From an uncultured Planctomycetota bacterium (GTDB lineage: Bacteria; Planctomycetota; JAJSAM01; JAKLKS01): DNA of 64,000 nt. Position 1 is the stretch's first letter. The number at the start of each line of letters is the position of its first letter. This document shows, in pieces, positions 17,699 to 27,956 of this stretch. The stretch lies in assembly GCA_964607145.1 (NCBI GenBank), contig CAZSIX010000009.1, positions 467 through 64,466 of the forward strand. The letters run 5' to 3'. The notes beneath the pieces are model-generated. The model saw only the letters and a program-made list of their open reading frames with translations. It ran no database searches and was not told the DNA's origin. Position numbers and translations under genes: made by a program.

Positions 17699-18732
17699 AT
17701 CCGTCCGAGGATCGCCGTCGGGCGGGGGTGTTCCTGCTCGCCGCCCTGTCGCTGCTCGCCGTCGTGGTGGCGACCCTGGCGGGCGTGCGGCTGATGTCGC
17801 GGGAGCGGGTCTACTACGTGGAGTTCATGGAGTCCGTCTCCGGCCTCGAGCCGTCGAGCCCGGTGAAGTACAACGGCGTCCCGGCGGGTACGGTCGCCTC
17901 CATCCAGTTCAAGCCCTGGGACGTGGCGCGCATCCTCGTGGAGATCCGCATCAAGGGGGAAGTGCCCATCAAGGCGGACACGCGGGCGCAGCTCAAGCCG
18001 CAGGGGATCACCGGCATCTTCTACCTGGAGCTCTACGGCGGGACGCAGGACGCGGCGGAGATGCCCGAGGGGGAGACGATCCCCTCGGATCCTTCGCTCA
18101 CGTCGGCGATCACCGGGATCGCGAAGAACCTGGGCGAACTGGTGGAGCAGTTGAACCGCTTCTTCGCGGTCAACTCGGGTCCCCTGACGGAGGCGGTCAC
18201 CGACCTGCGGGCGGCCATGGCCTCGGCGAGGGGCGCGCTGGAGCGGCTGGAGACGCTGGTCGCTTCGGGCGAGGCTGCCATGGCGGACGTGCGGACGGCG
18301 GTGGCGGGCATCCGATCGGAACTGGAGACCACCGGGAAGTCCGTGCGGGAGGCGGTGGGGGCGCTGGAGGAGTTCCTCGAGGATCCCGCGCTCCGGCAGC
18401 TGCCGAAGCAGGCCGGAGAGGTCCTCGCGGCGGCGAAGGCGAGCGTGGAGGGGGCCGACCTCCCGGGGCTCGCGGAGGAGGCCCGGGCCGCGGTGGCGGA
18501 GTTCCGGGACGTGGAGGCCTCCCTGGCCCGGGCGGCGGACTCCCTGGCGGCCATCGCCTCCGACGCCGGCGCCGACGTCGGGGCGGCGCTGCGCAACATC
18601 CGGGTCGCATCCGACCACGTGCGCGAGGCCACGCGGCGGCTGCGCGACGACCCGGGCCGGCTCCTGCGATCCCCGCAGCCGGCGGACAAGCCCGTCCCCG
18701 ACCCCTTGCCCGCCGAGGAGGCCCCACGGTGA
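17695..18732 (+). CDS. mlaD: MlaD/MCE-domain protein with long helical C-terminus
   Basis: TM anchor, ESVSGLEPSSPVKYNGVPAGTV and QGITGIFYLEL. ATGA overlap with mlaF. Confidence 0.88.
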   Translation: MNPSEDRRRAGVFLLAALSLLAVVVATLAGVRLMSRERVYYVEFMESVSGLEPSSPVKYNGVPAGTVASIQFKPWDVARILVEIRIKGEVPIKADTRAQLKPQGITGIFYLELYGGTQDAAEMPEGETIPSDPSLTSAITGIAKNLGELVEQLNRFFAVNSGPLTEAVTDLRAAMASARGALERLETLVASGEAAMADVRTAVAGIRSELETTGKSVREAVGALEEFLEDPALRQLPKQAGEVLAAAKASVEGADLPGLAEEARAAVAEFRDVEASLARAADSLAAIASDAGADVGAALRNIRVASDHVREATRRLRDDPGRLLRSPQPADKPVPDPLPAEEAPR

Positions 18733-19445
18733 CCCACCCCGTCCTCCGCCTCGCGCTCCCCGGAGTCCTCCTTGCCGCCGCCGGCGGGTGCATCTCGGTG
18801 GGGGGCACGGACGCCTCCGCGCCCCCCCGCGTGTTCGACCTGCGCCCGCCCCTGGCGGGGGAGCCCGTCCCCGCGGCGGGGCCGGAGACCCTCGCGCTGG
18901 AGTCCTTCACCTGCGACCCTGCGCTGGACCGGGAGGAGATGGTCTGGGAGCGAGGGGACGTGGAGGCGGGCGCCTACTCCTCGTGGCGCTGGGCCCGCCC
19001 GCCGGCGGAGGCCCTCCGCGACCTGTGCGCCGACGCGCTCCGCCGCGCCGGCGTCTGTGCGGTGGTGGCCGCGGACCCGGCGCCGGCGTCGCCGGACTTC
19101 GTCCTGAGGGCGCACCTCGCGCGCCTCGCCGAGCGGGACGGCGGGGAGTCCTGGAGCGGGGTCGTGGAGCTGCGCGTGGTGGTCGTGTCCACCGCCGACG
19201 GGGCCGAGATCCTCCGGAGGTCCTACTCCGAGCGCGAGCCGTGCCCGGAGCGCAATCCGCGGGGAACGGCCGTCGCCCTGGCCGTCGCGTCGGCGCGCCT
19301 GACGGCCCGGCTCTCGGCGGACGTGGGGGCGGCGCTCGAGCGCGTGCGCCTGGCGGCCCACCTGTGGAAGATCCAGAGCCGCCGGGGGCCCGCATCGCTT
19401 CAGGGTCGGAGCCGGATCGCCCCCTCGCGCAGCGTGCTCCGGTAG
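18729..19445 (+). CDS. PqiC-like ABC-transport auxiliary lipoprotein
   Basis: Lipobox-like AAAGGC, YSSWRWARPPAEAL, and position at the end of an MCE operon. Confidence 0.8.
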   Translation: MTHPVLRLALPGVLLAAAGGCISVGGTDASAPPRVFDLRPPLAGEPVPAAGPETLALESFTCDPALDREEMVWERGDVEAGAYSSWRWARPPAEALRDLCADALRRAGVCAVVAADPAPASPDFVLRAHLARLAERDGGESWSGVVELRVVVVSTADGAEILRRSYSEREPCPERNPRGTAVALAVASARLTARLSADVGAALERVRLAAHLWKIQSRRGPASLQGRSRIAPSRSVLR

Positions 19446-21763
19446 ACGGGCGCCGCGGGGGCCCCCACGCTCCGGTGGGCCCGGGTGGTGGGACCGTCGC
19501 TGGCGACGACCACGCCCGCACCGGTCGCGGCGGCGAAGAGAGGGGCGAGTGTCACCCCGGCGCCGCCGTGGTGGGGCAGCAGCATCGCGCGGGTCCGGAG
19601 GTCGGCGTCCGATCGGAGGAGCGCCAGGAGCGCCGGGTCCTCCGCGTCCCCCGGCAGCAGCGCCGACGCGCGCCCCGCGCGCCACCGCACCACGAGGGAG
19701 CCGTCGTTCTCCCTCCCCGCCCCCGGGTCGCCCGCGGGGGGATGGAGGATCTCCAGGAGCGCGCCCGGCAGGTGGACCCGATCCCCCGCCGCCACCCGCA
19801 GCACGGGCACGCCTCGCCGCGCCGCCGCCGCCAGGGCGGTCCGGGCGGCGGGGGCCTCGCCGAACCCCTCCGCCACCACGAGGGCGCCGACGGGCAGGCT
19901 CCCCAGCACGTCCGCCGCGCCCCCGGCGTGGTCGGAGTCCTCGTGCGAGACCACGAGGACCTCCAGCCGGTCGACCCCCTCGGCGCGGAGCGCCGGCAGC
20001 ACGCGGGACGCGGTCACCGCGGGGGAGCGCCCGCCGGCGTCGATGAGCGCCCGGCCCTCGCCGGCGACGGCCAGCACGGACATCCCGTGGCCCGTGTCCA
20101 GGATGAGCAGTTCGGCGGGGCGGGACACCGGTCCGCGCAGCGCGGGGAGCGCCAGCAGCAGGGGCGGGGCCAGCACCGCCGCCAGTCCCCACCGCCCTCG
20201 CGGTCCGCCCCGCAGGGCGGCCCACGCCAGGATCCCGCAGGGGAGGGCGAGCCCGGGAAGTCCCGGCGGCGGGAGCGTCGGGGAGCCCCCGGGGATCCGC
20301 TCCAGCAGCGACGTCACGTCGCGGATGGCCACCGCCGCGCCGTCGGCCAGGGGCGCGGACAGGCCGGGCGCCACCGCGCCGACGAGGAGGATCACGGGAG
20401 CCGCCAGCAGCGTGGCCAGCGCCAGCGGGACCACCACCAGGTTCGCCACGGGGGCGAGCAACGCCACCTGTCCGAAGCGCGCGGCGATGACGGGAGCCGT
20501 CGCCGACCAGGCCGCCAGCGCCGGGGGGAGGAGCCGCTCCATCGCGTCGCCCGCGAGGCGGCGCAGGGACCGGTCCGCGGCGGGGATCCGGAACCGCAGC
20601 AGCAGGCGCCGCCTCCGGTGGAGGACGTCGCCGATGCCCCGCGCGAGCCGCAGGATCCCCAGCACCGCCAGGACCGTCAACTGGAACCCCGGCTCCTCCG
20701 GGGCGGCCGGCCGTGCGCAGGTCTCCGCCGCCGCCGCCACGGCGAGGATGTGGATGGGGTCGACGGTCCGGCGGAGGAGCGGGGCCGCCGCCACCAGCGC
20801 CGCCGCCAGTGCGGCGCGGCGCACGGGGAAGCCCATGCCCGACGCCGCCGCGTAGGCGGCCACCACGGGGAGCGAGAGGAGGGCGGCCCACCGACGGGAC
20901 CCGATCCTGCGGAGGACCCACACCACCGCCCCCGCCGCCAGCGCCACGTGGATCCCGCTCACCACGAGCACGTGCCACGTGCCGGTCCTGCGGAGCCCGC
21001 GCACCAGATCCGGGTCGAGCCCGTCGCGCCGGCCGAGCAGCAGCGCCTCGAGGAGCGCCCGCCCCTCCCCGCGCGTGGCCGCCCGGATCCGATCCAGGAC
21101 GACGGCGCGGAGGCGCCAGGCGATCCCGCCGGGGTGCCACGGGGGCGCGTTTCCCACCACCCGCAGCGATCCCGGACCCCGCGCGTCCATGGTCGCGTGG
21201 ATTCCGCGGGCGCGGAGGTCCTCCCGCCGGTCCCGCTGCCCGGGATTGGTGGCGGCGGGCGGGGCGCGGGCGAGCCCGACGACCTCCACCTCGTCCCCCG
21301 GGAGCGCCCCACCCGCGCAGATCACCTGCGCGCCGCCCGCGACGGGGACGCGGGAACGGGCCGACGGGAGCAGGGCGTGGGCGGCGACCTCCACGGGGAG
21401 GTCCGGGGAGGCGCTCCCGTCGGTCCCCGGTTCGTCCGCCGCCGCCGTCACGCGCCCCGCGAGGCGCAGCGGGACGGGGCCCTCCGCGAGCACCGCCGCC
21501 AGCGACCCCGGCGGATCCGGCGCGCGGGAGACGAGCCCGCGGGCCACCCCGAGAAGCAGCGCCGCCGCCACCAGCACCGGTCCCGCCCGCGGACCGGTCC
21601 GTGCCGCGGAGGGCCCGCGTTGCGCACCGCGCCCGTGCCGGAGGGCCACTGCGGCCGCCGGCAGCGCGGCCGTGGCGACGGCGAGGGAGAGGGCCGGGGA
21701 CGCCCGGCCGACGAGGCACCCGGCGACGAAGGCGACGGCGAGGCACGGGACCGAGCGATCCAC
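19400..21763 (-). CDS. comEC: ComEC/Rec2 DNA-uptake channel with metallo-beta-lactamase domain, 787 aa
   Basis: HVLVVSGIHV competence motif, multiple TM helices, LDTGHG, SHEDSDHAGG, NDGSLVV, LPGDAE and PHHGG. Confidence 0.92.
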   Translation of the reverse strand: MDRSVPCLAVAFVAGCLVGRASPALSLAVATAALPAAAVALRHGRGAQRGPSAARTGPRAGPVLVAAALLLGVARGLVSRAPDPPGSLAAVLAEGPVPLRLAGRVTAAADEPGTDGSASPDLPVEVAAHALLPSARSRVPVAGGAQVICAGGALPGDEVEVVGLARAPPAATNPGQRDRREDLRARGIHATMDARGPGSLRVVGNAPPWHPGGIAWRLRAVVLDRIRAATRGEGRALLEALLLGRRDGLDPDLVRGLRRTGTWHVLVVSGIHVALAAGAVVWVLRRIGSRRWAALLSLPVVAAYAAASGMGFPVRRAALAAALVAAAPLLRRTVDPIHILAVAAAAETCARPAAPEEPGFQLTVLAVLGILRLARGIGDVLHRRRRLLLRFRIPAADRSLRRLAGDAMERLLPPALAAWSATAPVIAARFGQVALLAPVANLVVVPLALATLLAAPVILLVGAVAPGLSAPLADGAAVAIRDVTSLLERIPGGSPTLPPPGLPGLALPCGILAWAALRGGPRGRWGLAAVLAPPLLLALPALRGPVSRPAELLILDTGHGMSVLAVAGEGRALIDAGGRSPAVTASRVLPALRAEGVDRLEVLVVSHEDSDHAGGAADVLGSLPVGALVVAEGFGEAPAARTALAAAARRGVPVLRVAAGDRVHLPGALLEILHPPAGDPGAGRENDGSLVVRWRAGRASALLPGDAEDPALLALLRSDADLRTRAMLLPHHGGAGVTLAPLFAAATGAGVVVASDGPTTRAHRSVGAPAAPVYRSTLREGAIRLRP

Positions 21764-21784
21764 GCGGTACAGGACGCCGCGCCG

Positions 21785-24298
21785 GTGACACCGCGGCGCC
21801 GCCGCCCCGCGATTGACGGGTCCGGCGGGCGCCCGTGCCTACAATCCCTCATCCTCCCCCGGGTCCTCCCGATCGTCCTCGCGACCCTCGCCGCATGGGG
21901 CGTCGCCCCGCCCGCAGGCGCGGCGCCGGAGGAGCCCGCTCCCACGGCCCCCGCGGCGGACCGGCCCCGCTTCGTGCTGGAGGCGGGCTACGCCACCGAG
22001 GAGATCGTCGACGGGGCGTCGGTCCGCACGCTGGTCGAGGGCGTCCTCCTGCGGTTCGAGGATTTCGAGGTCCAGGCGAGGTCCGTCGTCATCTGGGGGG
22101 ATGCGGAGGGGATGCGGCGCGCGCTGGGGGAGGCCGGCCGGCCCGCCGCCGGCCCCGCGGCACCGGATCCGGCGGCGGGGAGCGGGGAACCGGTCCCCGC
22201 CACTCCCGCGGAGCGGCTGAAGGCCGTCCTCGGTCCCGTCGTCCACGCCCTCTACGCGGAGGGGGACGTGCAGTTCCGCCTGGGATCCCGCTCCACCGCC
22301 ATGCGGTGCGAGCGGCTGTTCGCGGACTTCCGGAAGGGCATCCTGACCACGGGCCGGGTGCTCCTCACGTCGTCGGTCATGCTTCCGAGGCGCGGGAGGG
22401 CGGTTCCCCTCGCGGTGCGGGCGGACCGCATGCGCCAGGTGTCGGAGCGGACCTTCCTGCTCGAGGACGCCGCCTACACCACGTGCGACTTCGAGGATCC
22501 CCACTACCGCTTCCGGTGCACCGAGTTCGAACTGTCGGAGTTCGACGATCACACGACGTTCATCGCGTGGAACAACGTCATCGACTACGCGGGCGTCCCG
22601 TTCCTCTTCCTCCCCGTGCTGGGGGGGCGCTCCGATCTCTCCGCCCGACCGCTCCGCTCCGTCAACTACACGCGATCGAGCCGGTTCGGCCACGAGGTGG
22701 AGTTGACCTGGGGGGACGACATCTTCTCCGAGGGGGAGCGCTGGGGGGAGTGGCGGCTCCGGACCGACTGGCGCAGTCGCCGCGGCGGCGCGGCGGGACC
22801 GGAACTCGACTACCGGACGAGCGACTACGAGGGGTCCTTCGCCGCCTACTACGCGCGGGACAAGGCGAGCACCGATCAGTTCGACGGTTCGCCGGTCCCC
22901 CGGCGGGACCGGGGGCGCGTGCGCTGGGAGCACCGCCAACGGCTCTCCGACGCATGGCGGCTCGACCTGTCGCTCTGGGACTTCTCCGATCGGAACTTCC
23001 AGCGGGAGTACCTGAAGCGGGAGGCGCTGCGGGAGCGGGATCCGGAGAACTACGTGGTCCTGCGCTTCGCCGAGGGAACGGACCTCTTCTCCGTCACGGC
23101 GGCCCGACGGCTCGACCGCTTCACGACCCACACGGAGACGATGCCGGAGGTGGCCGCCCGCCGCATCGGGGCCCCGGTGCTGCGCGGGCGGTTCCCGCTG
23201 GGCCTGCTGGACGACCTGACCTACACGACGGACGCCTCCGGCGGGGTCTACGAGCGGGCCTACGACGAGGCGCTGGGGGTCTCCTCCCGCGACCAGTGGC
23301 GGGGGGACGCGGTGGGCCGCCTGGAGGGCGTGAAGGGGCTGGGCCCGGTGCGCATCTCGCCGTTCTTCACCGCCGGGACGACCTACCACGAGGGCGGCGA
23401 CTATCCCGACGGGGCCGAGCACCGTCGGAGGGGGGACCTGGCCCTCGGCGTGAGGGCCGCCGTCGAGGCGCGGCGCGACTGGGGGGACGTGCGCAGCGAC
23501 CTGTTCGACCTGAGGGGGATGACCCACCGCGTGGGGCTGGAGGCGCTCTGGTACCGGCGCTTCGCGGTGAGCCGGTCCCCGGCGCAGTACGTGCCCCTGG
23601 ACGCGACGGAGACCCTGGACGAGATCCGCGCCACGGAGGTGCGGCTGCGCCAGCGGTGGCAGACCGAGCGCGGCTCCGAGCGGGTGGACTGGATCGACCT
23701 GGAACTCCGTGGCCTGTACTTCTCCGGGAGCCGGCCCACGGGCGCCTCGCCGCTCCGCTTCCGCGAGGAGGGGCTCGAGGGGCCGCGGTTCGCGGACCTC
23801 GTGGGCGAGGAGAAGTTCCGCGCCCGACCGCTCCGGGGGCCCTGGGGGCCCTACGAGGGGGACCTGCGCGTGCGCCTCCGGGAGAACCTGTTCTTCCTCG
23901 CGGAGGGGGAGTACGACCCCTACGACCGCTCCTTCGCGACGGCGGCGCTGGGGCTGCGCTGGTTCGTCGTGCCGCGGTTCTCCCTCTACGTCGGCGACCG
24001 CCGCATCGGTTCGGACAGCGACATCTACACGTTCCGGGCCGACTGGGCCGTCTCCGATCGCTGGAGCCTCGGCTTCTCGCAGCAGGCCGACCTCCGCAAC
24101 TCGGAGGGGTTGGAGACGGAGATCCGGATCCGCCGCGTCCTGCACGACTTCGTCATCGAACTGGGGCTGTCGCGGGATCGGGCATCGAACGACCGGTCCA
24201 TCCACATCTCGGTCATCCCGGCGGTCCTGTGGGATCCCCCCGTGAGCGCCCGGAACGCCCGCCGCCTCGACTTCGAGGCGCAGCGCTGGTACCGGTAA
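21785..24298 (+). CDS. lptD: LptD/OstA-like outer-membrane beta-barrel (LPS assembly); start uncertain
   Basis: Signal-like LILPRVLPIVLATLAAW, beta-jellyroll-like N-terminal part, AAYTTCDFEDPHY motif, amphipathic beta strands and aromatic C-terminus (QRWYR). GTG 21785 is the nearest in-frame canonical start upstream of the signal. Confidence 0.72.
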   Translation: MTPRRRRPAIDGSGGRPCLQSLILPRVLPIVLATLAAWGVAPPAGAAPEEPAPTAPAADRPRFVLEAGYATEEIVDGASVRTLVEGVLLRFEDFEVQARSVVIWGDAEGMRRALGEAGRPAAGPAAPDPAAGSGEPVPATPAERLKAVLGPVVHALYAEGDVQFRLGSRSTAMRCERLFADFRKGILTTGRVLLTSSVMLPRRGRAVPLAVRADRMRQVSERTFLLEDAAYTTCDFEDPHYRFRCTEFELSEFDDHTTFIAWNNVIDYAGVPFLFLPVLGGRSDLSARPLRSVNYTRSSRFGHEVELTWGDDIFSEGERWGEWRLRTDWRSRRGGAAGPELDYRTSDYEGSFAAYYARDKASTDQFDGSPVPRRDRGRVRWEHRQRLSDAWRLDLSLWDFSDRNFQREYLKREALRERDPENYVVLRFAEGTDLFSVTAARRLDRFTTHTETMPEVAARRIGAPVLRGRFPLGLLDDLTYTTDASGGVYERAYDEALGVSSRDQWRGDAVGRLEGVKGLGPVRISPFFTAGTTYHEGGDYPDGAEHRRRGDLALGVRAAVEARRDWGDVRSDLFDLRGMTHRVGLEALWYRRFAVSRSPAQYVPLDATETLDEIRATEVRLRQRWQTERGSERVDWIDLELRGLYFSGSRPTGASPLRFREEGLEGPRFADLVGEEKFRARPLRGPWGPYEGDLRVRLRENLFFLAEGEYDPYDRSFATAALGLRWFVVPRFSLYVGDRRIGSDSDIYTFRADWAVSDRWSLGFSQQADLRNSEGLETEIRIRRVLHDFVIELGLSRDRASNDRSIHISVIPAVLWDPPVSARNARRLDFEAQRWYR

Positions 24299-24352
24299 CC
24301 CCGCGCCGCGACATCGCTCCGCGGCGCCGCGGGGATCGGGGATGATGGGCCC

Positions 24353-24883
24353 GTGCGAAAGGCCCTGTACGCCGGCTCGTTCGACCCGGTGACGCTGGGA
24401 CACCTCGACCTCATCGAGCGGGGTCGCGGGCTCTTCCCGCGGCTCCTGGTGGGGGTGGCCGACAACGTCCGCAAGCAGGCCCTGTTCACGGTGCCCGAGC
24501 GGGTGGCCCTGCTCCGGGACGGCGTGCGGGATCGCGGCATCCGGGGCGTGACCGTGACGACGGTGGACGGCCTCGTGGTGGAGTGGGCGCGCGCGCACGG
24601 CGTGTCGGTCCTCCTGCGGGGCGTCCGCACGACCAGCGACTTCGAGTTCGAGTACCAGATGGCGCTGACCAACCGGGCGCTGGCGCCGGACGTCGAGACC
24701 GTCTTCGTCATGCCGTCGGAGCGGTTCGCCTACCTGTCGTCGACGCTCATCCGCGAGGTCGTCCGCCACGGCGGCGACGTCTCGCGGTGGGTCCCGCCGG
24801 CGGTGGAGGCGGCGCTCAGGGAGAGGCTGGGAGGGGAGGCCGCGTCGAGGCCACCCCGCAAGGGAAGGAGATCGCCACGATGA
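24353..24883 (+). CDS. coaD: Phosphopantetheine adenylyltransferase
   Basis: YAGSFDPVTLGHLDLIERG, LRGVRTTSDFEFEYQMALTNR and LSSTLIRE. Confidence 0.97.
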   Translation: MRKALYAGSFDPVTLGHLDLIERGRGLFPRLLVGVADNVRKQALFTVPERVALLRDGVRDRGIRGVTVTTVDGLVVEWARAHGVSVLLRGVRTTSDFEFEYQMALTNRALAPDVETVFVMPSERFAYLSSTLIREVVRHGGDVSRWVPPAVEAALRERLGGEAASRPPRKGRRSPR

Positions 24884-26928
24884 GCACCTGGAGGGTCCCG
24901 ACGGTCCCCGTGCTGGCGCTGCTGGCGGCGGCGGGCGCGTCGGCGCGGGCCGAGGACGGGGAGATGCCCGAGGATCCGGCGGCCTTCGTCGCCGCCGTCC
25001 GCGAGGGTCGCCTCCCCCCCGTGGCTCCCTGGCCGCGGTACGAGGGGACCCTGCGCGTCCCGGCCTTCGGCGAGCAGCCCCCCATGGATGCCGGCAATCC
25101 GGTTCCTCCGGGCAAGGAGGAGTGGGGCAATCCGACGCCGGGCGGCACGCTCATCGTCCAGTACAACTCCGCCCCCAAGAACATCAACAAGATCGTCAGC
25201 AACGACGCGGTGGTGGAGTACATCACCGAGACCGTCCGCCCCTACCTCATCCTCCAGGACAAGGTGGACTTCTCCTACGGCCGCCCCTCGCCGGAGGATC
25301 CCGCCCACCGGTTCGTCTCCGTGAACCCCCGGGACTGCGCCTCCGGCTGGGTGAAGGAGGACACGCTCCAGCGCGCCGACGGGACCGTCGTCGCCTACGG
25401 CGCGGTGACCGCGGACGGCGATTCCTGGGACGTGAAGCCCCTGGCGGTCCACCCCCGCGAGCCGCGGTCCGCGGCCCGGTATCCGAAGGCGGAGGGGGAC
25501 CGGGTGCTCAAGGGCACCTTCTGCACGGTGACCCTCAAGCCGGGCATCAAGTGGCACGACGGGGCGCCGTTCCGCGCGCAGGACGTCGTCTTCAGCGTGC
25601 GGGCCATCCAGAACCCCAACGCCAACTCCGACAACGTGAAGCCCTTCTTCGAACTGGTCAAGTCCGTGGAGGCGCTGGACGACCTGACCGTGCGCTGGAT
25701 CCTGGACCGGCAGTACTTCGGGGCCGACGACACGGTGGTGGGCGGGAACCAGACCATCATCCCGGAGCACGCCTACCGGGCGGAGTGGGACAAGGCGAAC
25801 CCCGGCAAGCCCATGGACCCCTCGGCGGACGAGTTCGGCCCCTTCTTCAACAACTGCACGCCCCTCAACGAGCGGCCCCTGGGCACGGGCCCGTACCGCG
25901 TGGTGGACTTCGTCCCCAGCCAGTCCGTGACGCTCGAGCGCTTCCCCGGGTACTTCGGACCGCCCGGGAGGGCGGATCGCATCGTCTGGAAGTTCATCAC
26001 GAACCCGGTCGCGGCCCTGCAGGCGCTCCAGGGCGGGGAGATCGACTTCGCCGCCCACGGCCTCGTCGAGGACCAGTACGTGAACGAGATGGGGACCCCC
26101 GAGTTCCAGGCCCGCTTCGCGCGGGCGGTCTGGTTCACCCCGTCCATGGGCTTCGTGGCGTTCAACCGGCGCGTGCCGCAACTCGCCGACCCGCGGGTGC
26201 GCGTGGCGCTGGGCCTGCTCGCCGACCGGCCCACCTACGTGAAGCGGAAGTTCCACGATCTCTCCGTCCTGATCTCCGGGGACCAGTTCGTCGCCGGGCC
26301 CGCCTACGACGCCGCGATCCGTCCTCTCGCCTACGACCCGGCGGCGGCGGAGGAACTCCTCGACGAGGCCGGCTGGTACGACCGGGACGGGGACGGGTTC
26401 CGCGACAAGGACGGGAAGCGCCTCGAGTTCGAGTTCCTCATCCCCAGCGGAAGCAAGACGATGAAGGAGTTCGCGCCGCTGTGGCTCGAGGCCTGCAAGA
26501 AGGTCGGCGTCGTCCTGAAGCCCGCGGAGATGGAATGGGCCGCCTTCATCGAGCGGTTCGAGGGGAAGAAGTTCGACTCCATCACGCTGCAGTGGGCCAT
26601 GGACCCGGAGAGCGATCCCCACCAGTTGTGGCACAGCAAGTGGGCGGCGGAGGGGATGAAGTCGAGCAACACGACCTCCTTCGCCGATCCGCGGGCGGAC
26701 GCCCTCATCGTGGCCATCCAGAGCTGCCTGGACCCGAAGGAGCGGGCGCGGTACCAGCACGCGCTCCACCGGATCCTGGACGCCGACGCCCCCTACCTGT
26801 TCCTGTTCGCGCGCCCGGACATCGCCGGCTACTCGCGGGACTGGCGGGGCGTCCGGTTCTACCCGCGCCGTCCCGGGTTCGACCTGACCGAGTGGTACCT
26901 GCCGCCGGGGGTGCGGAAGGCGCGTTGA
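24880..26928 (+). CDS. Peptide/nickel ABC substrate-binding protein (family 5), 682 aa
   Basis: Signal peptide, LKPGIKWHDGAPFRAQDVVFS, GTGPYRV, DPRVRVALG and LLDEAGW. ATGA overlap with coaD. Confidence 0.92.
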   Translation: MSTWRVPTVPVLALLAAAGASARAEDGEMPEDPAAFVAAVREGRLPPVAPWPRYEGTLRVPAFGEQPPMDAGNPVPPGKEEWGNPTPGGTLIVQYNSAPKNINKIVSNDAVVEYITETVRPYLILQDKVDFSYGRPSPEDPAHRFVSVNPRDCASGWVKEDTLQRADGTVVAYGAVTADGDSWDVKPLAVHPREPRSAARYPKAEGDRVLKGTFCTVTLKPGIKWHDGAPFRAQDVVFSVRAIQNPNANSDNVKPFFELVKSVEALDDLTVRWILDRQYFGADDTVVGGNQTIIPEHAYRAEWDKANPGKPMDPSADEFGPFFNNCTPLNERPLGTGPYRVVDFVPSQSVTLERFPGYFGPPGRADRIVWKFITNPVAALQALQGGEIDFAAHGLVEDQYVNEMGTPEFQARFARAVWFTPSMGFVAFNRRVPQLADPRVRVALGLLADRPTYVKRKFHDLSVLISGDQFVAGPAYDAAIRPLAYDPAAAEELLDEAGWYDRDGDGFRDKDGKRLEFEFLIPSGSKTMKEFAPLWLEACKKVGVVLKPAEMEWAAFIERFEGKKFDSITLQWAMDPESDPHQLWHSKWAAEGMKSSNTTSFADPRADALIVAIQSCLDPKERARYQHALHRILDADAPYLFLFARPDIAGYSRDWRGVRFYPRRPGFDLTEWYLPPGVRKAR

Positions 26929-27956
26929 AGACCTACCTCCTCAAGCGTCTCCTGCTGCTGCCGGTGACGCTGTTCGGCGTCTCCCTCCTGTCGTTCCTCA
27001 TCATCTGCCTCGCGCCCGGCGACCCCGCCTCCCTCAAGCGGCACGGGATGTCGGAGGGGGCCAAGGCGGCGGCGGAGTCCGAGCGGGGCACGGAGGACGC
27101 GCTCGCCAAATGGAGGGCGCGGTACCGGCTCGACAAGCCGATCCACGTCCGGTACGTCTACTGGCTGGGCGACATCGCGTCGGGGGACCTGGGGCGCACC
27201 TTCTTCGGCGACAAGGACGTCTGGGAGGAGATGAAGCCGCATCTCCTGGTGACGCTGTCGCTGGAGGCCGTGGCGATGCTCCTCATCTTCGCGGTGGCGA
27301 TCCCGCTGGGCATCTACTCGGCGTGGAGGCCGGAGTCGTTCTTCGACAAGATGTCCTCGTTCTGGCTCTTCGTCCTCTACTCGCTCCCCGCGTTCTGGGC
27401 CGCGACCATGCTCATCGTCATCTTCGGGAACCCGGAGACGGCGCCGTTCGGCCTCTCGTTCCCCGTCGCGGGCCTCCGCGACGTCCGGATGCAGGGGGCC
27501 GGCGCCTGGGACCGGTTCCTCGATCTCGCGTGGCACGCGTTCCTCCCGGTGCTGTGCCTCGCGTACGGGACCATGGCGCTCGTGTCCCGCTTCATGCGGG
27601 CGGGGATGCTGGAGGTGATCCGCCAGGACTACATCCGCACGGCCCGGGCGAAGGGGCTGCCCGAGCGGCGCGTGGTGCTTCGGCACGCGCTCCGGAACGC
27701 GCTCTTCCCCATCGTCACGCTCACCGCGGCGCTCCTCCCGGCGCTGGTGGGAGGCAGCATCATCGTGGAGTCCATCTTCACCATCCCCGGGATGGGCTGG
27801 TACGCGTACGACGCGATCCTGCGGCGTGAGTACAACATCCTCATGGCCACCTTCCTCCTCTCGGCGGTGGTCACGCTGTTCGGCATCCTCGTCTCCGACC
27901 TCCTGTACGCGTTCCTGGACCCGCGCGTCTCCTACGACTCGGGGGGAGGCGCTTGA
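26925..27956 (+). CDS. Oligopeptide ABC permease, OppB/DppB type
   Basis: [16 protein letters not shown] and EAA loop [16 protein letters not shown] overlap with the upstream gene. Confidence 0.93.
   Translation: MKTYLLKRLLLLPVTLFGVSLLSFLIICLAPGDPASLKRHGMSEGAKAAAESERGTEDALAKWRARYRLDKPIHVRYVYWLGDIASGDLGRTFFGDKDVWEEMKPHLLVTLSLEAVAMLLIFAVAIPLGIYSAWRPESFFDKMSSFWLFVLYSLPAFWAATMLIVIFGNPETAPFGLSFPVAGLRDVRMQGAGAWDRFLDLAWHAFLPVLCLAYGTMALVSRFMRAGMLEVIRQDYIRTARAKGLPERRVVLRHALRNALFPIVTLTAALLPALVGGSIIVESIFTIPGMGWYAYDAILRREYNILMATFLLSAVVTLFGILVSDLLYAFLDPRVSYDSGGGA

Noticed and set aside
19400-19445. 46-bp convergent overlap of the PqiC-like gene and comEC as a frameshift or antisense system
   Set aside because: Both proteins appear complete, and short tail overlaps are common in high-GC genomes.
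19400-21763. ComEC plus secretin/PilM as a competence island
   Set aside because: They are 15-30 kb apart with unrelated genes between, and no comEA, comF, dprA or pilin genes are in the window.
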